A stretch of 64,000 nt of DNA from the NCBI GenBank assembly GCA_951406725.2, contig OX597832.1:11098001-11162000 (forward strand), given 5' to 3'. The notes beneath the pieces were generated by a model that saw nothing but the letters and a program-made list of their open reading frames with translations, was not told the origin of the DNA and searched no databases. The stretch is from Octopus vulgaris. Its lineage: Eukaryota. The position numbers were made by a program, and so were the translations under genes. This document shows, piece by piece, positions 58,938-64,000 of the stretch; position 1 is the first letter of the stretch, and every line of letters starts with the position of its first letter.

Positions 58938-59582
58938 TTGAGTAACAACAGGCTTCGAATATTACATACCGGTATTGATTTGAACGAGTAAACCCTTAAA
59001 GTGGTTGCTATACTTTGGTCGCATCCTTATGACTGAAACCAGTAAAAGACTAAGAGAGTATATGAGGTAAAAGTTCTAAGAGCCGTAAGATTCATTGTTT
59101 CGTTATACGCAGTCCAATCAACATAGCTGTATAACTTTATATTATTTTATATTTCGGTTTATTATATGCAATAGTAATTAAGTTAGGGAAGGCTGTGCTT
59201 CATTTGTAAATTTAGAAGTGTGTGTTAATCGTGAGATGGTGAATGTGTACTGGGTGATAAAAGCTCTGTTCTAATAGAATGATGTGGCAATTGAGAGAAT
59301 AATTTCGACGATGAAATATGAACTTAAGCAAGTCCGATCGATATTTCATTATATTACTGTAAATATCTCTGATCCGTTAAAATAGTTTGGAAGTCTCCCA
59401 ATTACGTGTAACATGGTAATGAGATCAACTGCTGTATATTAGATACATGTATGTATCAATCAAATATTTTGAGGCGAAATAGCATGTGCTTACACAACTG
59501 TCTGTATGTGTCCAGCTATATTGCGTATATCTTAAATTATGTGTTTTGTGAGTACGTACATATATGTGCGTGTGCATATATG

Positions 59583-59621
<39 letters not shown>

Positions 59622-60120
59622 CATATACACAGTAAGACGCAGTCATACTTATATGTACATGTAATTACAAACTAAATCAGCTATTTTTAAATTCCTGGAA
59701 AAAGTCGATACACATAAGATAGAGGAGGTCATTTATGTTCTATCACTTTGCGTACCACCCCGGTTAACCAAATATATTCACACGCGCTAAATCCATGATA
59801 ATAGCCACTACTCATGTTTATCTCTTCGCTGGTCGTCTGTCATCGTCAAGCCCAATAACGGGTGAAATCACATGTCGTGGTTCTTCCGACGGCTGTGGTG
59901 AGCGGTTGACGCCTGTCAGCCGATATAAAGACGGCTGCTTTTATGCACCGTGAGTTGACATGAGGTCCTCTCATGGTAAATAACTAATATTTTGTGTTAT
60001 AGCACATCATCCACTTTAATTGAGAGATAAATGCTACCTTTGCTGTTAATACTGCTTGTGTTGCTATCAGTTATATACATATGTATGTGTACATATTCAT
60101 GTAGATAATTTTGATATGTT

Positions 60121-60156
<36 letters not shown>

Positions 60157-61012
60157 TGTATATAAAGATATATGCTTATCATTTTATACTGGAATACATA
60201 AATACATACCTACACAAACTCACACGCACCGAGACACACAATTACACATTCATAGTAAGCAAAATTTAATGGATAACTCAAAGTATCGCTATACTTGTTT
60301 CCATTCAGCAAGATGTCTTTCTATCTCTATCTCTCTTTTTTTTTTCTATATATCTCCAGAGAGATAGATAGATTGATTGATTGTTAGATAGATATATAGA
60401 TAGAAAGATTGTTACCTAGATAGGTAGATTGTTATATAGACAGATAGATATTATATATGTGTATCTATATATATATATATATATGTGGGGGGGGTGTACT
60501 ATGTATCTGACAGACAGAATGCAGTAATACAATACCTTTAATACCCGATACACTAAAAACTGCGGCTAAGGTGCATGTATCTATGCGTTATTATACACAG
60601 GGACTACATATATAATTACATTTATTAAATATGTAATTATCCTATATCAAATCGTTTAAAGGAAGAACTTTGCATTCCATAATAAATAATAATTTTACAT
60701 TGATTCTGAAGAATGTCACAGTATACTGATAGTGTCCCCAGATTGTCTGTCCTCTAGAATGAATTCACTTCTAGAATACTGCCACTTATCAAGAAGGAAA
60801 AATACAACTGTCAGAAGACATTACTCTTCTGTAAAATATTAACTAATTGTACGTTTTGAAGAGTACAACAGATTCTATAATATTGGTTTCACATTTCGTC
60901 ACAAGAACAGTAAATTTAGAGTGGGGACATATTTTACTGACTCCGAGAGGATGTAAGGCAAAGACGTCCTCAGAACAGAATCAATAATATTATTAGTAAT
61001 ATAAACTAACAG

Positions 61013-61310
61013 AAGACACGTGGTCAGAGCGTCAGGCTTACAAACGTGAGGTTGTGAGTTTCATTCTCGGACCGAGCTGGGAGTTGTGATCTTCAGCAAG
61101 TCACTTTATTTGACGTTGCTCCAGTTCACTCAGCTGTAGATATGAGTTAGGACGTCAGAGGTTCCAAGCTGTATCAGCCTTTGCTTTGCCCTTAGGCAAC
61201 AACGGTGGCGCAGAGAGATGAGACGGCTATTGATGGGCGACTGCTGCTTTTCCACAAAAACGTTTGCTCAGACTTGTTTCGCGGAGAGAAACATTCTCAG
61301 CGCCATCCCA
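61013..61310 (+). mobile_element. SINE family D with CORE-like domain
   Basis: gatcttcagcaagtcactttatttgacgttgctccagttcactcagctgtagatatgagt, colinear with 52628-52958. Confidence 0.85.
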
Positions 61311-61681
61311 TCGGTATTTGGGACCTAAGGGGGTCTTTACTTTTCTTTTTATAAAGTAACAATTTAGCAGGTTGAATTTCAGTTTTCTTATGATAGAGCA
61401 TTGTTTCAAGCCAAAAGTTACAATTCTTTATAGCACTCACAGCCCTGTTCGACCAAAAGTATAATTTCAACCAAGTATTTTCATTTATTCTTGAGGAGCA
61501 TCGTACCACAGAATACATTATGACCGTGATGTACAACGGTACTGATGTACTGTGTGTGGTTTGTCTGTTGCTATTAGCAGTGCGTGTGAACACACAGAGT
61601 GACTCATATTGGTCGTTGAATGTACTTCATATCACGTCATGTTTCGAGTTTCGACACTGATTTACATTACCCTCTACTGTA

Positions 61682-61725
<44 letters not shown>

Positions 61726-64000
61726 GTGCTATAATATATTGCACCATCTAGCAAAAAAACGCTGCATAAATTTTATCTGGTGATGTTCAATATAATTGTA
61801 AATTAGGTTAATAAAGTCTAATCACGCGCCTCAAGATTCGGTGATATTTCCTTATCATTTTCCTTCTCTTTCAGCTACACCTTTCTCTCTCGCTCTCTCG
61901 TAGCGTCAACATTACATCGAAATATTTACTCTTACAGCCGACGCCATTATTCACCAATGGCGATATAGACTAAATAAAATATATCAATAAACCAATACAA
62001 TAATGTCTTGGGGAAATATAAAAAGTGTTTCCCCTGCTTCGGTCATTATATTTTGCTGAAGTTTACACATTCTTATGTATTTTATATTCAATATGTTGAT
62101 TTTGGAATGTCTGAATACAACATTCAAAGTCGAGAAACGCCATAATTTGGTTCAAAGATCATTATGATTCTGAAAAATAAATAGCTCTTCGCTGCAGGCA
62201 AACGTTACTATCTGCTATAATCTTAGATAAAATGTTTACTTTCCCAACATTTGTACTAGGCTAAAAAGTGTTTATCTGGATATGATGCTACTGAATTCGT
62301 ATTATTGTAATTTTAATTAGTCTTATATGATATAATTGTTATAGCCCCATGGGACAGCAAGAAATTTTTCGAAACCTACGTTGACTGAATAACCGTATCA
62401 AATCTATGCTGATGGAATTTCTCTTCACTTCCTCTGCTTCGGTGATTGGAAAATTTATAAATTTCTTAATTTCGCTTTTTCTCTAATATAGAAATATTAA
62501 ATATAAATTGTTATACGTAATGAGTTATCTCAGTAATAGTTTCACTCAGTGAACCAATTTCCATTCCCAGCCAGAGTTAATTATAATGTCTGTAAAATAC
62601 ACTGCAATATTTCCGTTTAGCTGTTTTCTTTTTTATTCTTTCTTTCTTTTTTTCTAACATTAAAGTGTATAGATTACTTTACAGTCAGCTTGTAATATTT
62701 AAAATCTAAGAACCATTTTCAATTACCTGTTGAAATTATATCCTCTTCCTTTGATTAAATTGTTTTTTAGGTTACTAACTCAGTTTTTAACGTAAACTTA
62801 TTTAAACATTGCGTTCCCACGGGTTTAGTTTTCTTTCGTTATTAGGTGTGTTATTTGATTTGAACATATAACTTGACTGTGTTTGGGCGAAGAAAATGTT
62901 TATTTCCAAGCTAAGTGTATTAATGTAATTATCAACAAGAACATATTCAATGTATACATGATAAACTTCCTAGTTCATATCCACTCTGATTTCCTACATT
63001 ACAAAATTTTAGAGACTATCTGACAGAGAAATCGTTAATATATTTACAAGTCGGAAAAGTTAGACCTCCGAAAAAGCGTTTTGCTGAATTTAGTTATTGC
63101 TTTATACTTTCTGGGTGCAAATCGAAGATAGAATTGCCTTAAATTTCCTTCAACGGATGACCCACACACATACACATAACAAAGGACAATCAGTCAAGTA
63201 CTCAAAGCTACCTGATCAACTTCTGCCAACTCCAAATGTTCATTCGTATGTCTACACCAGAAATCATTATAATACTTGCAAAATAAAATAAAAATTAAAT
63301 ATTTAACACAGACCTCAGAACAGAATTGTATCAGATGGCACAGCTTTTCTTTGAAATAACTTTTTAGTTGTGCTCAGATTACTTCCAATTCGAAGCTAAA
63401 ATCATTATTCCAAATCCGCAGATGTTTCTGCTGTTGTTACTGCTATTATTGTTGCTTACTACCGAAATACTTGTGACCCATAACACCTTATTATAGTGGT
63501 CCATCCGTAATAATCATGTACAAGTTTAATTCCCTAAGGTGCTACTTGAGAAATTTGACTCCTTTTACAATAATCACATAGCCTTCCACTTGAGATCGCT
63601 TCAAAATATATTATGATGTGATTAAATGATGGATACGAAATACCTTCTCTTTCTATATTCTGTGTTCATCTTCTTCTACTTAAGATAATTTATATAGCAG
63701 TCATATAATGAGATCGATTTAATTAACTCTATCGTTTGTCTATAAATGTATGGCTTCGCACCAATATGAAACAAATCGATATACGAAATATATTCTAAAC
63801 ATTGTTTGATCTCGTGTGAATATTAGACAGATGCAGCTGTCATTATGAATTTTGCCAAAAGTCGATCGTTTAAATGGTCTGACTCATTAGCCATTAGTAT
63901 ATACAATTAAAGATCTTGACAAGAATAAATGTAATATAGAGAAATGTAGTGTTTGAAAATATTTTGAAAATTGAACATATATGTATAGAGAGAGGAAGAG

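Overview
AT-rich, repeat-dense eukaryotic DNA that looks like an octopus (coleoid cephalopod) intergenic or intronic region. This assignment is inferred from the SINE types and microsatellite load, not from a search. I can identify no intact host gene, rRNA, tRNA gene or CRISPR array, and all long ORFs in the track are translations of (TA)n/(CA)n/(ATT)n tracts. The window holds about 20 tRNA-derived SINE copies from four families, a decayed full-length mariner, Tc1/mariner MITEs and a non-autonomous Helitron-like element. It also holds decayed LINE fragments (CR1-type, R4/Dong-type, a second RT, possibly Penelope), four foldback elements and very long microsatellites. Three unexplained signals stand out: (1) a GC-rich ~180-nt segment at 10041-10220 that can fold into a closed multi-helix pseudoknot; (2) two ~100-120-bp elements 39 kb apart (6401 and 45516) sharing four motifs in the same order with similar spacing; (3) several decayed hammerhead-like cores in Penelope-like repeats. 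Boundaries of decayed elements are approximate.
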